Sequence record: MK373778.1
DNA length: 64,000 nucleotides
Origin: Escherichia phage vB_EcoM_WFbE185
Strand: one strand, 5' to 3'
Below the pieces are notes generated by a model. It searched no databases. It saw only the letters and a list, made by a program, of their open reading frames with translations, and was not told the origin of the DNA. Each line of letters opens with the position of its first letter. Position 1 is the stretch's first letter. This document shows, in pieces, positions 26,306-36,427 of this stretch. A program made the translations under genes and the position numbers.

Positions 26306-27477
26306 TCCGGGTACCTCAAAGCGTCATCAGAGTTAGTTATATCAATAATAGATATAGAGTTTTCTGCTAACCCGTTTTTAGATAATTGACGTTTATAATA
26401 TCTTTCACAATATGTACACGTCGTCCCGCAGATTTCATTAGCACAATCGAAATCTGGATGTCTGAACCACCTTTTTTCTAAAAAGCCATCTAACAAAGAG
26501 GTTTCAATATTTACTGTATGTGAAAACTCGGTCTCATTTTCAAGAGTGAAAATAGTCTCTAAAGGCTTCCACAGTTCTAACAAATTACCTTCAAACTTTT
26601 CAGAAGCGTATGCTTCAAGAACTTTCAAAATGTAGTCTGTGCTACCTGTACGTCCTGAAACTTTGAATTGAGTGATACCAATATCATTATAAAGTTTCAA
26701 ATCTTGAGGACGAACAAAACGAGTTCTCAGCCAGTTAAATGGGTCTGTATCACGAGCTTTAATGCAGTGTTGCATTGGATATCCATTTAAGGATTTAGCA
26801 TCATCAGCGGTAACATCAGTACTATGGAAAATATAGCAAGAGTCACGATAGCTACAATGTGTTGTATACCCTTTACCAGCATTAGAACAGAACTCATTTA
26901 CAAGAACTTCAAATATTATATTGTTCTTATTGCAAAACTCTGCTGCACGCTTCAGGAAAGAAACTGAACGGTTCTTATGAATTCCGCAGCAGACCTTTTT
27001 GATATTATACTGGTCATGCAAGTATTTGATTTGAGTTACAGCATCGACATGTAGAATTGTTGAAACTTCAATCTCAATGTCTTTATTGACTTCACGAACA
27101 ATTTCCATAACAACAGGGTTAGCGATAGTAATACGCCATACGCCTATTGACCAAAGATACTGAACATAATCCTGAATAGCTTTCTTCTTCCACTCAACTA
27201 GTTCTCTTTTTGAACCAGGATTTATCGTGTTGAGTGTATAGTTAAAGCAAATACCTAATTCGTTACAACGTTTAACGTAATCTTCTAACATCTTTTTGTC
27301 AACGTCAGGAAGCCTAAAATCAGGTCTGGCTGCTACAAAAGCCATTTCTCTTGTAGAGCCGTATACTTCGTTTATCAAGCTATTAGGATAAGTTTTATTG
27401 AGCTCTACGATTTTATCAAGAAGAGCTAAATCAAAATTCGTTCCAATTTTAAAAGTATTCATTTTTTTGCATCTCAC
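26302..27477 (-). CDS. hypothetical protein (391 aa, Cys-rich), part of the sugar-modification cassette
   Basis: No confident family; Cys cluster FCSNAGKGYTTHCSYRDSC and C-terminal CGTTCTYCERYY; weak resemblance to peptidase-U32-type fold only. Confidence 0.5.
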   Translation of the reverse strand: MRCKKMNTFKIGTNFDLALLDKIVELNKTYPNSLINEVYGSTREMAFVAARPDFRLPDVDKKMLEDYVKRCNELGICFNYTLNTINPGSKRELVEWKKKAIQDYVQYLWSIGVWRITIANPVVMEIVREVNKDIEIEVSTILHVDAVTQIKYLHDQYNIKKVCCGIHKNRSVSFLKRAAEFCNKNNIIFEVLVNEFCSNAGKGYTTHCSYRDSCYIFHSTDVTADDAKSLNGYPMQHCIKARDTDPFNWLRTRFVRPQDLKLYNDIGITQFKVSGRTGSTDYILKVLEAYASEKFEGNLLELWKPLETIFTLENETEFSHTVNIETSLLDGFLEKRWFRHPDFDCANEICGTTCTYCERYYKRQLSKNGLAENSISIIDITNSDDALRYPE

Positions 27478-27518
27478 GTTAATTGATGCGATGGTTTTTG
27501 CAGGTCTTACTTAAATTA

Positions 27519-27920
27519 TTATAGATTCGGTTTATATGATTTAAATGTTTCGAATTCGCCTTTATTCATAAGAGCTTTGAATTCGTCAGGACGCATAGCT
27601 TTGTCGTCGATAATCCAATCATATACTGGTTTATGTGTTAGCAAATTATGGTACTTCAAACCAATGTTTTCCAAGTTCTGAATCAGACTTGGGAGAATGT
27701 CAATTGCTATACGACCAGGACCTACTGACTTCATACCGCGAGCAGTGTAAAGCGTTATGGTATGCCCTGCATCATACAGGGCATTAATGGCAGACACCAT
27801 TTCGACGTCCGGTTTGAAGTTCACGTAATCACGATTGTTATTCCACTCTGTTATACAATCGTCGACATCAAAACAAAGATTAAGCATGTTTTCTACACGG
27901 TGCATTAGATTCGTTCCCAT
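27519..27920 (-). CDS. HAD-superfamily phosphatase (sugar-phosphate phosphatase-like)
   Basis: 133 aa; HAD motif I FDVDDCIT (DxD); small KdsC/GmhB-like size. Confidence 0.55.
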   Translation of the reverse strand: MGTNLMHRVENMLNLCFDVDDCITEWNNNRDYVNFKPDVEMVSAINALYDAGHTITLYTARGMKSVGPGRIAIDILPSLIQNLENIGLKYHNLLTHKPVYDWIIDDKAMRPDEFKALMNKGEFETFKSYKPNL

Positions 27921-29645
27921 TGATGAGTGATATCGCCACCGATTGGACGATAGGAAACACCAGTTTCTTTATCAGTTAGTACCCATTTACCAGGATTTTT
28001 TGTAATCAGAGTAGCCGTTACAGGTTCTGCTACGTCATAACTAATAGAGCCGTCCTGAAGTACACGGCCCATGTTACGTAATTGCTTAGTCAGAAGTTCC
28101 ATGCCTTTATAATATGCGGCTACAGCTTTAAGTGGATTATTCTTGAAATAACCACCTAATGCAATCCAGATAATTGCTACAGCCAAATGATGATATTCAT
28201 TAAACGAACTCAGCTTTCCATATTTGTAAACTAATGGATTGATGTTAATAGTCACATTACAAGTTGTTTCATCAATAGTAAACTGTCCCCAGGTCGGATT
28301 AGCGTTGAATTCATCATAACCTGAAACAGCATAAAGCACTTTAGCTTCATCATACAATTTTGGCCCGTAAATCTTGGTTTCGCCAAAATATCCACGAGGG
28401 TCGATAAACTTGACTTCGCCATTATCAGTAATCATAGTATTACTGAAGTTCGGGTCACCATGAATAACAGAGTACTGTCCCTGAGAACGGTTATGATAAC
28501 GAATAAGGTGTTCTAAAGCTTGTTTCAGCATTGGCTTCAGACGTCCAATCTTAGTGTAGTTCACGTGTGTGATTTTACCAAATGAATCAATCAATGGTTG
28601 AATGCTTTCACAACGATCAATAACTTTCGTATAGAATTCTTTAGTGAAATCACGACGAACAGTTTCAGGACTTACAAAATAAGTGTCTGTGCTGAATTTC
28701 AGTGCATCTAAAATCGCATCAACAATTTGTGGACGAGCAAGACTTGATTTGGATTTAATATATTCAAATGCTGGCTTACCTTTAATGCGTTCCATTTCAA
28801 AGTTATTTTCATTAACAGAAACTAACTGAGGAACTGAATCTGATTTCACTTTCAAATACCACGAAATCTCATCTTTCTGAAGAGCTCGACCCTGTTCGGT
28901 TAATGCGAATTTAGTTACAGTTTCTTCACCAATTTCAACTGCATTAAAACTACGATTAAGTTCACGAACTTCATGGGCTTTTTCAAGTTTAGGCATATCA
29001 CCTAAATCAATTAGATTCATAAGCTCTGATTTATTGAATGCGCTGCCGTAAAGGAATTCTACGAAATCACGTCCTTTGCAGTATTCATGAATTTCCTCAT
29101 CGGTAGAACCCATATAGAATTCCCAGTCTTTGAACTGATAAATTCCTACAACATTACCGCCTGTTTCACCTACATTAGTGATATTTTCACCATCGAAATT
29201 ATACCGACATTCATCACCCTTAACATAGATTGCGTTAACATTCCAAGACCATGAACCAAAATCGGGAATAATATCACACCAGTTAACAATTACGTTATGG
29301 CCGTCTAAATCTTTGTGTAATTTAGCAAGAGCATAAGCAGAACCGTATGCTTCATCAACTGTACGAATAGTCACATTGAACCCTTCTTGCTCACAATAAG
29401 CTCGCTTCATCAACTGTACGAATAGTCACATTGAACCCTTCTTGCTCACAATAAGCTCGAACAGTTTCAGCAAATTTTGAATGAACTACTACAATAATTT
29501 CATCTGCGCCAAGGTCAGAATAAATTGTATACAAATTGCTCAGAATAGTGTCTTGTTTATAGTTAACAAGCACCTTAGGAATATGATGCGTTATTGGATA
29601 TAAACGAGTTGCCAATCCAGCACCAAGAATAACAGCTTTTTTCAT
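27905..29645 (-). pseudogene. bifunctional sugar-1-phosphate nucleotidyltransferase / APH-fold sugar kinase, reading frame broken by a 55-bp tandem duplication
   Basis: N-terminal fragment (29391-29645) has the NTase signature ILGAGLATRL; C-terminal ORF (27905-29413) has kinase motifs HGDPNFSNTMI and FIDPRGYFG; both fragments contain RAYCEQEGFNVTIRTVDEA; deleting one repeat copy restores a 561-aa ORF. Confidence 0.65.
29350..29459. repeat. perfect direct tandem duplication, 2 x 55 bp (cttcatcaactgtacgaatagtcacattgaacccttcttgctcacaataagctcg)
   Basis: Two identical adjacent 55-nt copies at 29350-29404 and 29405-29459; 55 is not a multiple of 3, so the nucleotidyltransferase gene is frameshifted. 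Confidence 0.9.
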
Positions 29646-29686
29646 GTTGAAGTCCTCATTGGTAAGTAGGAGTATTGTACACTATT

Positions 29687-29830
29687 CTAGTTAAAGCATT
29701 CATACTTTGCTTGTAGTCCAATCATAATCCATCCAATTACAAGTGGTGGAATCATTACTGGAGCCGTTAAGCTCCAGTAGATAGTCATGACAAGCATCAA
29801 TAGTAAAAGTCCTATTGTTATTGCTTTCAT
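29687..29830 (-). CDS. small hydrophobic membrane protein (47 aa), not in ORF track
   Basis: MKAITIGLLLLMLVMTIYWSLTAPVMIPPLVIGW...; ATGA start/stop overlap with the SIS gene. Confidence 0.4.
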   Translation of the reverse strand: MKAITIGLLLLMLVMTIYWSLTAPVMIPPLVIGWIMIGLQAKYECFN

Positions 29831-30462
29831 TGTTCGCCTCGTAACATGGCACCTAGTGCACCGCCTGGATGGAACTTAAGGAAATCATTAGAGGTAAATC
29901 CACGTTCAGACGAAAGGTTGATAGCAAACGTATCGATAAGTGCTAACAACAATGTAGTAGACATTGTCGGAGCTAAAGAGTTCTCGTCAACTTCTACCGC
30001 GATACCGGTACAGAACGTATAATCAAAAAGAGCTTCGTATTCTTGTGGAATGTCAGGGTTACAATGTAACAGAATCTGTTTAACCTGAGGACGAATCATA
30101 CGAAGATGTTTAGCAACACCTATCATTTCTTCAGTCTTACCAGAACGGCTGATGTGAACTAATACATCATTAGGTGCAATAAATCCTGCGTCACCATGAG
30201 AATAATGCCCAGTGTTCAAGTACATACTTGGGATACCGAGTGAAGCAAAAGTCTCGGAAGCTTTAGTTGCGATATTAGCGTTCTTACCAACACCTGTAAT
30301 AATTACACGACTTTCATAATTACTCAGTCCAGGGCGACGAAGAGTTTCAAGAATAGCATTATACCGAGCAGGGTTTTGACTAATTACTTTAGCCATAGTG
30401 GCAAGAGATGAAGCTTGTTTTACGATTGCGTCAATAGCGATAGTGATTGGTGTAGTTTTCAT
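29827..30462 (-). CDS. SIS-domain sugar-phosphate isomerase (arabinose-5-phosphate/phosphoheptose isomerase-like)
   Basis: 211 aa; SIS signature VIITGVGKNANIA and SRSGKTEE. Confidence 0.65.
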   Translation of the reverse strand: MKTTPITIAIDAIVKQASSLATMAKVISQNPARYNAILETLRRPGLSNYESRVIITGVGKNANIATKASETFASLGIPSMYLNTGHYSHGDAGFIAPNDVLVHISRSGKTEEMIGVAKHLRMIRPQVKQILLHCNPDIPQEYEALFDYTFCTGIAVEVDENSLAPTMSTTLLLALIDTFAINLSSERGFTSNDFLKFHPGGALGAMLRGEQ

Positions 30463-30496
30463 ATTTCTCTCATTTAATTAGTTGGCCGTCCTTGGC

Positions 30497-30505
30497 ATTA
30501 TATCA
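30497..30505 (-). promoter_or_regulatory. extended -10 element TGA-TATAAT (the TG comes from the gene 43 stop codon)
   Basis: TATAAT abutting the polymerase TGA stop, about 35 nt upstream of the SIS gene ATG; no good -35. Confidence 0.35.
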
Positions 30506-33214
30506 AAAATCAAACATATCGAACAGAGATGCTTTCTTCTCGTAATCGAGTTTAGCTGCTGATGTGAATCCTTCAAGTGGTTTAATAAATGTCTTCTCAA
30601 GGAGAACAGTGTAGTCCATCCAATGAAGTACATCGTCTTTAATTAAATCTGTGATTTCAGTACCAGAAGGCCATGCGATACATTTATCACCGAACGGGTT
30701 TCCATCACGTAAAGGCAGAACGTATACCTTTTCGCCTTCTACAACTTGTGGAGCATCAATATTACCTTTGATAGCTCGGTTATATGTCAGAATTCCACGA
30801 ATATGGAACGGGCATTTAGGTCCTGGATATCCACCTACATCATATTTAGCAATGTTATTCGCAGAAGATACCGACGCGATGCTAATATAATTCAATTGAC
30901 GGAATTCTTTTTCAAACTCTTTAAAATATTCTTGTAATGATTCTTCACCTTCTTGAAGCATACGACGAATACATTCTTTAAGAGCTTTCTGTACTGCTTT
31001 AGGGGTCGAAGATTTCTGAGTTTCTAGACCCATGATTTTGAGTTTAGGCTCAGCGTAACGAGTACCTTCCATATCCCACACGTTTAATGCATAACGTTTC
31101 TTACCAGTCCAAAATCCGCCAATACCTTTAGAACCGAGCGGAGGACCAGCGATAGCTTCTCGGTCCATGAACATTAAGTGTTGTTTATTGTTCATGTATT
31201 CACACATTTCACGGAAACCTTTATCAATAGCTGGTTCCATACGTTCACGTGCAAACTTATCTAAGAAGTCTACCCAATGGTTGGTATCACGGAATTTAGA
31301 TTCACCAACCTTATCAATAATTTTATCCGCAGATACGTAAATGGAGTCTGTATCACCATAAAGAACGAAAGCTTCACCTTCTGTACCACAAACTTCATTC
31401 AGATATTCATTAACTTTACGTTCAATCCACTGTAAAGCCATTTGCCCGAATGTTGTGATTGCAGTAGCATTACGCAAATCATAATAACGGAACCAAACGT
31501 TGCCAAGTGCACCATAAAGTGAGTTGATGAGCAATTTACGGTTAATTTGTGCAGTCATACCTGCAACTTCAGTACGTTGAGCTCTAAACAACATTTCATT
31601 AAGAGATTTAGCAGACAACTTTTTAATCTTTTCTTTAATCTCATCGCTGAAGTCGAAACGATAATCAACATCTAATGGTTCGTCAACAGAAAGATTAGGA
31701 TTATGCAATGCCTCTTTAATTATTTCACCATTACGTTGAGCTGCAAGCATGTAACCTTTATGTTCTTTACGTTGATTAAAGACCTTAGTGATTTCAGTTG
31801 GAACTACACCATCACGGTCTTTATAATACATCATGCCGTTAGGAGAACAACTGTACACATCTGAAGGACGTTCAGCGATTGCGTTAATATAATCATGTAA
31901 TGGAGCTACTTTAAACGTTCCTGCTATTGTTTCTGGGCTAATATTCACTTGGCGAATGATGCTTGGATACAGAGATGTAAGGTCGAAACTCATTACATAT
32001 TTGTATCGATTTGGAATAGGTTCCTTAACAAAAGCGCCAGGATAAGGTTGAACCGGGTGAGAACGACCTTGTGGAATCACCTTGTTCTGCTCTTTAAGGC
32101 TATTAAAAATAATAGCATCCCATGTTTTAATTGGGCTAAACACAGATTGAATCTGTATCTTAGCATAATAACCCATGTCCAAACTCAAGTTGATGAACTG
32201 ACGCTTAGCATCAATTTGCAATACACGATACACGTCGATAATGTTATAAGAAATATATCGTTGGTGATTGCTTTCACGAAGCTTAGAAATAGGGCCGTCG
32301 TATTTCAGTTTACCAACGTTCAATTCAAATTCTGAAATGTAATCCAGAGAATACGACGGTTGATTGGTAAAAGAGAATTTTTTGTAAAGGTCAATGTAAT
32401 CAAGAACAGAGATACCGAACAATGTAATGATTTCACGAGAACCATACATGTTTTCGATAACTTTAACACGAGTTTTACGATGCGGTGATAAACGTTTCGC
32501 AGTAGATTCGCCAAAAATATTCTTGATTCGGTTATACACATATGGAATATCAAATGACTCAACGTTCCATCCAGTCAAAATGACAGGAGTTTTCTGTTGC
32601 CAGAAGTTGAGATATTCCATCAACAATTCTTTTTCGTTATTGAATGGCATATAAATGATTTTATCGATAATTTCGGATGGAACTTCATCACCGCCTTGTT
32701 CTTGAAGCTTAGCAGCGATTTCAATAGACCATTCTTCTACATTACCATACGGAGAATTCAAAAGGTCAAATACATAAAACCTGTCATCAATTGAGTCATA
32801 ATGGGTGATAGCATCAATCGGATGTTTTGCTTGTGACGGCTCAGGGAACCCATCCGGAGATGTTACTTCGATGTCGAAGTTAGCCACACGAATTTTTGTA
32901 TGGTCGTATTTGATTTCATAGTTATAAGTGTCAGACAAATACGCCAATTTGAAATCGTCCATGCCGAGTGCTTCAAGTCCGATATCTTCCATGCGTTTAA
33001 TCCATTGGGAGGCATCACGCATATTAGCGAACAACTTACGAGTACACGGCTTACCGTAGATATCGAAATATTTCGTAGCCTGACTTTCCGGACAATGAGC
33101 AAACAGTGATGGTTTATATTCTACTTCACGAGTACGTTCACGGCCATTAGAATCGATGTAACGTTCAAAAATTGAATCACCAATCTGTTCAACCGTTAAG
33201 TAAAATTCTTTCAT
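30503..33214 (-). CDS. 43: DNA polymerase gp43 (family B), 903 aa
   Basis: Exo motifs FDIEV and YNIIDV; pol motifs SLYPSII, KILINSLYG and YGDTDS; length and N-terminus MKEFYLTVEQIGDSIFERYIDSNGRERT match my recollection of RB69 gp43. Confidence 0.95.
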   Translation of the reverse strand: MKEFYLTVEQIGDSIFERYIDSNGRERTREVEYKPSLFAHCPESQATKYFDIYGKPCTRKLFANMRDASQWIKRMEDIGLEALGMDDFKLAYLSDTYNYEIKYDHTKIRVANFDIEVTSPDGFPEPSQAKHPIDAITHYDSIDDRFYVFDLLNSPYGNVEEWSIEIAAKLQEQGGDEVPSEIIDKIIYMPFNNEKELLMEYLNFWQQKTPVILTGWNVESFDIPYVYNRIKNIFGESTAKRLSPHRKTRVKVIENMYGSREIITLFGISVLDYIDLYKKFSFTNQPSYSLDYISEFELNVGKLKYDGPISKLRESNHQRYISYNIIDVYRVLQIDAKRQFINLSLDMGYYAKIQIQSVFSPIKTWDAIIFNSLKEQNKVIPQGRSHPVQPYPGAFVKEPIPNRYKYVMSFDLTSLYPSIIRQVNISPETIAGTFKVAPLHDYINAIAERPSDVYSCSPNGMMYYKDRDGVVPTEITKVFNQRKEHKGYMLAAQRNGEIIKEALHNPNLSVDEPLDVDYRFDFSDEIKEKIKKLSAKSLNEMLFRAQRTEVAGMTAQINRKLLINSLYGALGNVWFRYYDLRNATAITTFGQMALQWIERKVNEYLNEVCGTEGEAFVLYGDTDSIYVSADKIIDKVGESKFRDTNHWVDFLDKFARERMEPAIDKGFREMCEYMNNKQHLMFMDREAIAGPPLGSKGIGGFWTGKKRYALNVWDMEGTRYAEPKLKIMGLETQKSSTPKAVQKALKECIRRMLQEGEESLQEYFKEFEKEFRQLNYISIASVSSANNIAKYDVGGYPGPKCPFHIRGILTYNRAIKGNIDAPQVVEGEKVYVLPLRDGNPFGDKCIAWPSGTEITDLIKDDVLHWMDYTVLLEKTFIKPLEGFTSAAKLDYEKKASLFDMFDF

Positions 33215-33220
33215 TTAATT

Positions 33221-33242
33221 TCCTTTAGACGAGTTATTGTCT
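33221..33242 (-). promoter_or_regulatory. gene 43 translational operator: hairpin AGAC-AAUAACUC-GUCU plus SD AAAGGA
   Basis: 4-bp stem, 8-nt loop AAUAACUC immediately 5' of the SD; gp43 autoregulation through such an operator is established T4/RB69 biology. Confidence 0.55.
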
Positions 33243-33261
33243 TTTGTTTGTTGATGAACTT

Positions 33262-33292
33262 ATTATACTCCAAATGGGACCGAAGTCCCATT
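33262..33292 (-). promoter_or_regulatory. -10 TATAAT preceded by hairpin AUGGGAC-UUCG-GUCCCAU after regA
   Basis: Hairpin with UUCG loop directly followed by TGGAGTATAAT; variant of the repeated hairpin-promoter module. Confidence 0.45.
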
Positions 33293-33295
33293 GCT

Positions 33296-33664
33296 TTAAT
33301 TACCAATTGTATATTTTGCTTTCAAAGTCCAGTCATCTTTCTGTTTAAAAGAGATAACACGGAAGTTATTAGTCAGGCCAAACAGATCTTCACGAGCAGA
33401 GTCTTCAATAACAATCAAGCCCCAGTCTTCAAGCAACTGAGCAATCGAATCACGTCGCTGATAGTCTTCACCATCGATATCAACCTGACGTCCGTCCATA
33501 CGCAGCATTTCTTTAAAGTGGACGATGTAGTATTTACCTTGCTTTTGGAGGATATGACAGGACTGATAAAGGATTTTATCCTTGTTATTAGCGATGCCCA
33601 TACGGGTCAAAGTCTCTTTGACTTTCAGAAAATCTTCAGGGTTCTTCAATTTAATTTCAATCAT
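33296..33664 (-). CDS. regA: translational repressor RegA
   Basis: MIEIKLKNPEDFLKVKETLTRMGIANNKDKILYQSCHILQK matches T4 RegA; start set at Met4 by analogy. Confidence 0.85.
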   Translation of the reverse strand: MIEIKLKNPEDFLKVKETLTRMGIANNKDKILYQSCHILQKQGKYYIVHFKEMLRMDGRQVDIDGEDYQRRDSIAQLLEDWGLIVIEDSAREDLFGLTNNFRVISFKQKDDWTLKAKYTIGN

Positions 33665-33666
33665 TT

Positions 33667-34230
33667 TTACCATTCCAATGCTAATTTTTTAAATTGTTTT
33701 TGTTCTTTCACATTTTTTGTAACTTCTTTGAGAAACTCATCAGTGACCATGGCCTTCAGTTCTTTAAGGACTATTGGCAACTTGTTATTTTTTTCAAGGA
33801 GCCGCTTATACTCGGTAGCATCATTCATGTTGATTGTGTAATGTTTCATCAACAGTTTGATAACTAGTAACTCTGAAGTGTCTTCGACTAGTTTAGCCCA
33901 TTTAGAGAATCGACGACCACGCGGAATTGCAGCCATCATATAGTTGAAGTGCGCTTCATCACTTAATTCAGAACCGACTAAGTTCATCATGTAAACGGCT
34001 GGCATACATTCTGGGAACTGGGATAATGAGTTCTCAACCATAAATTTTGAGTAGTCGACCTGAGCAATTGACATAGATTTCTTTTCATTAATAGCATTAA
34101 TGATTTTAAAGAATTCATTCTCAGGTTTTTCTTTAAACATGTCAGCACATTTTTGAATCGCATCAGCGTCGTTAGACTTCCATGCAATTTGGTGCTCGTT
34201 AAGTTGGACGTCATCATCAAATAAGTTCAT
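33667..34230 (-). CDS. 62: clamp loader small subunit gp62
   Basis: 187 aa, same as T4 gp62; N-terminal and C-terminal sequence closely similar. Confidence 0.85.
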   Translation of the reverse strand: MNLFDDDVQLNEHQIAWKSNDADAIQKCADMFKEKPENEFFKIINAINEKKSMSIAQVDYSKFMVENSLSQFPECMPAVYMMNLVGSELSDEAHFNYMMAAIPRGRRFSKWAKLVEDTSELLVIKLLMKHYTINMNDATEYKRLLEKNNKLPIVLKELKAMVTDEFLKEVTKNVKEQKQFKKLALEW

Positions 34231-34231
34231 A

Positions 34232-35194
34232 TTATTTCCAAGTCAGTTCGCAGGTCAGTTGAAGAAGCATATACATAACATGTAATTCAATATTACTTGC
34301 TAATCCATGAAACTTATTATTTTCGCCTGCAATTTCATAAAGCGAAATAATACTTTTACCTGGTGCAACTTTGTCATAACACTCAGAAACTAATTTATCG
34401 ATGAACCATGAATAATCAGCGGCATATTTTGGAGCTAACGCACGAAGCTGTTTGATATCTTTATTTTTCATTGCTTCTATGACATCATCTACCGTGCCAC
34501 GATCATTGGTTACAATCGACAAAATACCTGCATCAAGAACACCTTTAGACGAGTACTGGTCTAATTGACCAATTGTACGTCGAAAGTCCGGGAAGTTCTT
34601 TTTAACCAGAGCTGCAACAACTTTCATATCAGCGATTTCGATATTTTCGTTCTTACAGATTTCAACCATGCGATGAATCATTTTCTTCATCATTGAGATT
34701 TTATCTTCTTCGGTTGGACGTCCGAATTCGATAACTCGACAACGACTACGTAACGGTTCGATAATTCCATCGATGTTGTTGGCAGTAATAATAATAGAAC
34801 AGTTACTAGAGAATTCTTCCATGAATGTACGAAGGTGACGTTGTGATTCAGCGAGGCCACTACGGTCAAATTCATCAATAACAATAACTTTAGGCTTGCC
34901 TTCCATTGAGACTGAACGAGCGAATGCAGTTAATGGGCCACGCACAAAATCAATCTTACAATCAGAACCGTTGACGAACATCATTTCAGCGTTGATATCG
35001 TTACATAATGCTTTTGCCACGGTTGTTTTACCGGTACCAGGAGAAGGAGAGTGTAAAATAATATGAGGAAGTTTTCCTTTAGATACTAAAGACTTGAATG
35101 TTTCATGGTCATACGCGGGCAGAATACATTCGTCAATGGAAGAAGGACGATATTTCTGTTCTAGAATGTGTTCTTTGGAATTGATAGTAATCAT
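34232..35194 (-). CDS. 44: clamp loader large subunit gp44 (AAA+)
   Basis: 320 aa; Walker [11 protein letters not shown]; N-terminus [17 protein letters not shown] matches T4 gp44. Confidence 0.9.
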   Translation of the reverse strand: MITINSKEHILEQKYRPSSIDECILPAYDHETFKSLVSKGKLPHIILHSPSPGTGKTTVAKALCNDINAEMMFVNGSDCKIDFVRGPLTAFARSVSMEGKPKVIVIDEFDRSGLAESQRHLRTFMEEFSSNCSIIITANNIDGIIEPLRSRCRVIEFGRPTEEDKISMMKKMIHRMVEICKNENIEIADMKVVAALVKKNFPDFRRTIGQLDQYSSKGVLDAGILSIVTNDRGTVDDVIEAMKNKDIKQLRALAPKYAADYSWFIDKLVSECYDKVAPGKSIISLYEIAGENNKFHGLASNIELHVMYMLLQLTCELTWK

Positions 35195-35220
35195 GTAATT
35201 TTCCTCATTATCATTAAACT

Positions 35221-35236
35221 GGAGGATTTCTCCTCC
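35221..35236 (-). promoter_or_regulatory. intercistronic RNA hairpin GGAGGA-GAAA-UCCUCC between genes 45 and 44
   Basis: Perfect 6-bp stem with GNRA tetraloop about 25 nt upstream of the gene 44 ATG; no U-tract. Confidence 0.4.
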
Positions 35237-35269
35237 ATAATCGTACTACATTAAACGTAAAGCTTTGAC

Positions 35270-35956
35270 TTAGAAGTCGTGGGTAGAATCGGCTTCCATC
35301 GCAATAACATAACTTACTTGAGAGCTTTCAAACTTAGCTGCAACTTTATCACCAGCTCCCCACAACATTACTTTATAGTTACCTGGCTGGATTTTCATAT
35401 TAGCCATATTGATTACGAAGTTAAAGTTGTTAGAACCATCATAATCAGTAAGAGTCAAAGAATACTTAGGACGAGTCAAGCCAGAATCTTCAACTTTATT
35501 ATAGCCATTGATAACAATTTTACCATCTTTATTTGTAATAGCAATTGTATCAATCTGAAGACCACGTGAAACTCGAAGCAATTGTTGAAGGTCTTCAGCT
35601 TTAATTTCAGTAATCACAGAAGCCACTGGGAATTGAATTGGCTTATTAGGAAAAACAATGGTGCTCTTGTCAGCGGCAGGCCAATAAACTGTGGAACGTG
35701 TATCTGCAATTTTAATATTGCCATCAGTGTGCATTGAAATTTCAGCATCATCAGATACTAGACTCAAAATGCTTAAGAAGCTATTCAAATCATAAAGTGC
35801 TACGTCAAAATCAATTTCATCAGAGATATTTGCTTCCGCATAAGTGGTGCCATTAACTGCACGAGTCATAATAAATTTACCTTGACTCAGCAGAATGCCA
35901 GAGTTAATAGAGGCAAAGTTTTTCAGAATAGCGATAGTATCTTTAGACAGTTTCAT
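35270..35956 (-). CDS. 45: sliding clamp gp45
   Basis: MKLSKDTIAILKNFASINSGILL matches T4 gp45; start set at Met6 (AAGGAAA SD), the track start is TTG. Confidence 0.85.
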   Translation of the reverse strand: MKLSKDTIAILKNFASINSGILLSQGKFIMTRAVNGTTYAEANISDEIDFDVALYDLNSFLSILSLVSDDAEISMHTDGNIKIADTRSTVYWPAADKSTIVFPNKPIQFPVASVITEIKAEDLQQLLRVSRGLQIDTIAITNKDGKIVINGYNKVEDSGLTRPKYSLTLTDYDGSNNFNFVINMANMKIQPGNYKVMLWGAGDKVAAKFESSQVSYVIAMEADSTHDF

Positions 35957-35998
35957 TTTATTTCCTTTCAAGACAATTCAAAGTTTATAACAAATTTA

Positions 35999-36415
35999 TT
36001 ATGCAGCAACCATCTGCTTTTTAATAGCTTCAGGCAGTGATTCAATATATTCTGGAATTTTAGAAGCAACAATTTCGCCAGCTGCAATTAGTTGTTCGTC
36101 GGCATCAACACAGTAAAAATCTTCAAGGCGTTCAGAACCGTCTTTATCAAGAACGATTTTAGCACCTGCTTCGATAGAATCTTTATAGTGCTTACGCATC
36201 AAATGAATCCACATATCAGACACATCGTTATCAATAAAACCATAAATCATAAAACGAGTTTCTTGTGGCAAAGATTGGAGTTTTTTAGCACTTGCGTCAT
36301 CACAATGCAGGACCCATGCTTTACGAACACGATTATGGTTATGCGGGTTAGCGTCAGTACGGATAGAAGTAACTTTCAGATCAGCAGCGGTAAAACCTTT
36401 AGCAGTAGTAAACAT
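35999..36415 (-). CDS. hypothetical protein (138 aa) at T4 rpbA position
   Basis: Position between 45 and 46; assignment positional only. Confidence 0.45.
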   Translation of the reverse strand: MFTTAKGFTAADLKVTSIRTDANPHNHNRVRKAWVLHCDDASAKKLQSLPQETRFMIYGFIDNDVSDMWIHLMRKHYKDSIEAGAKIVLDKDGSERLEDFYCVDADEQLIAAGEIVASKIPEYIESLPEAIKKQMVAA

Positions 36416-36427
36416 ATTATTTCTCTC

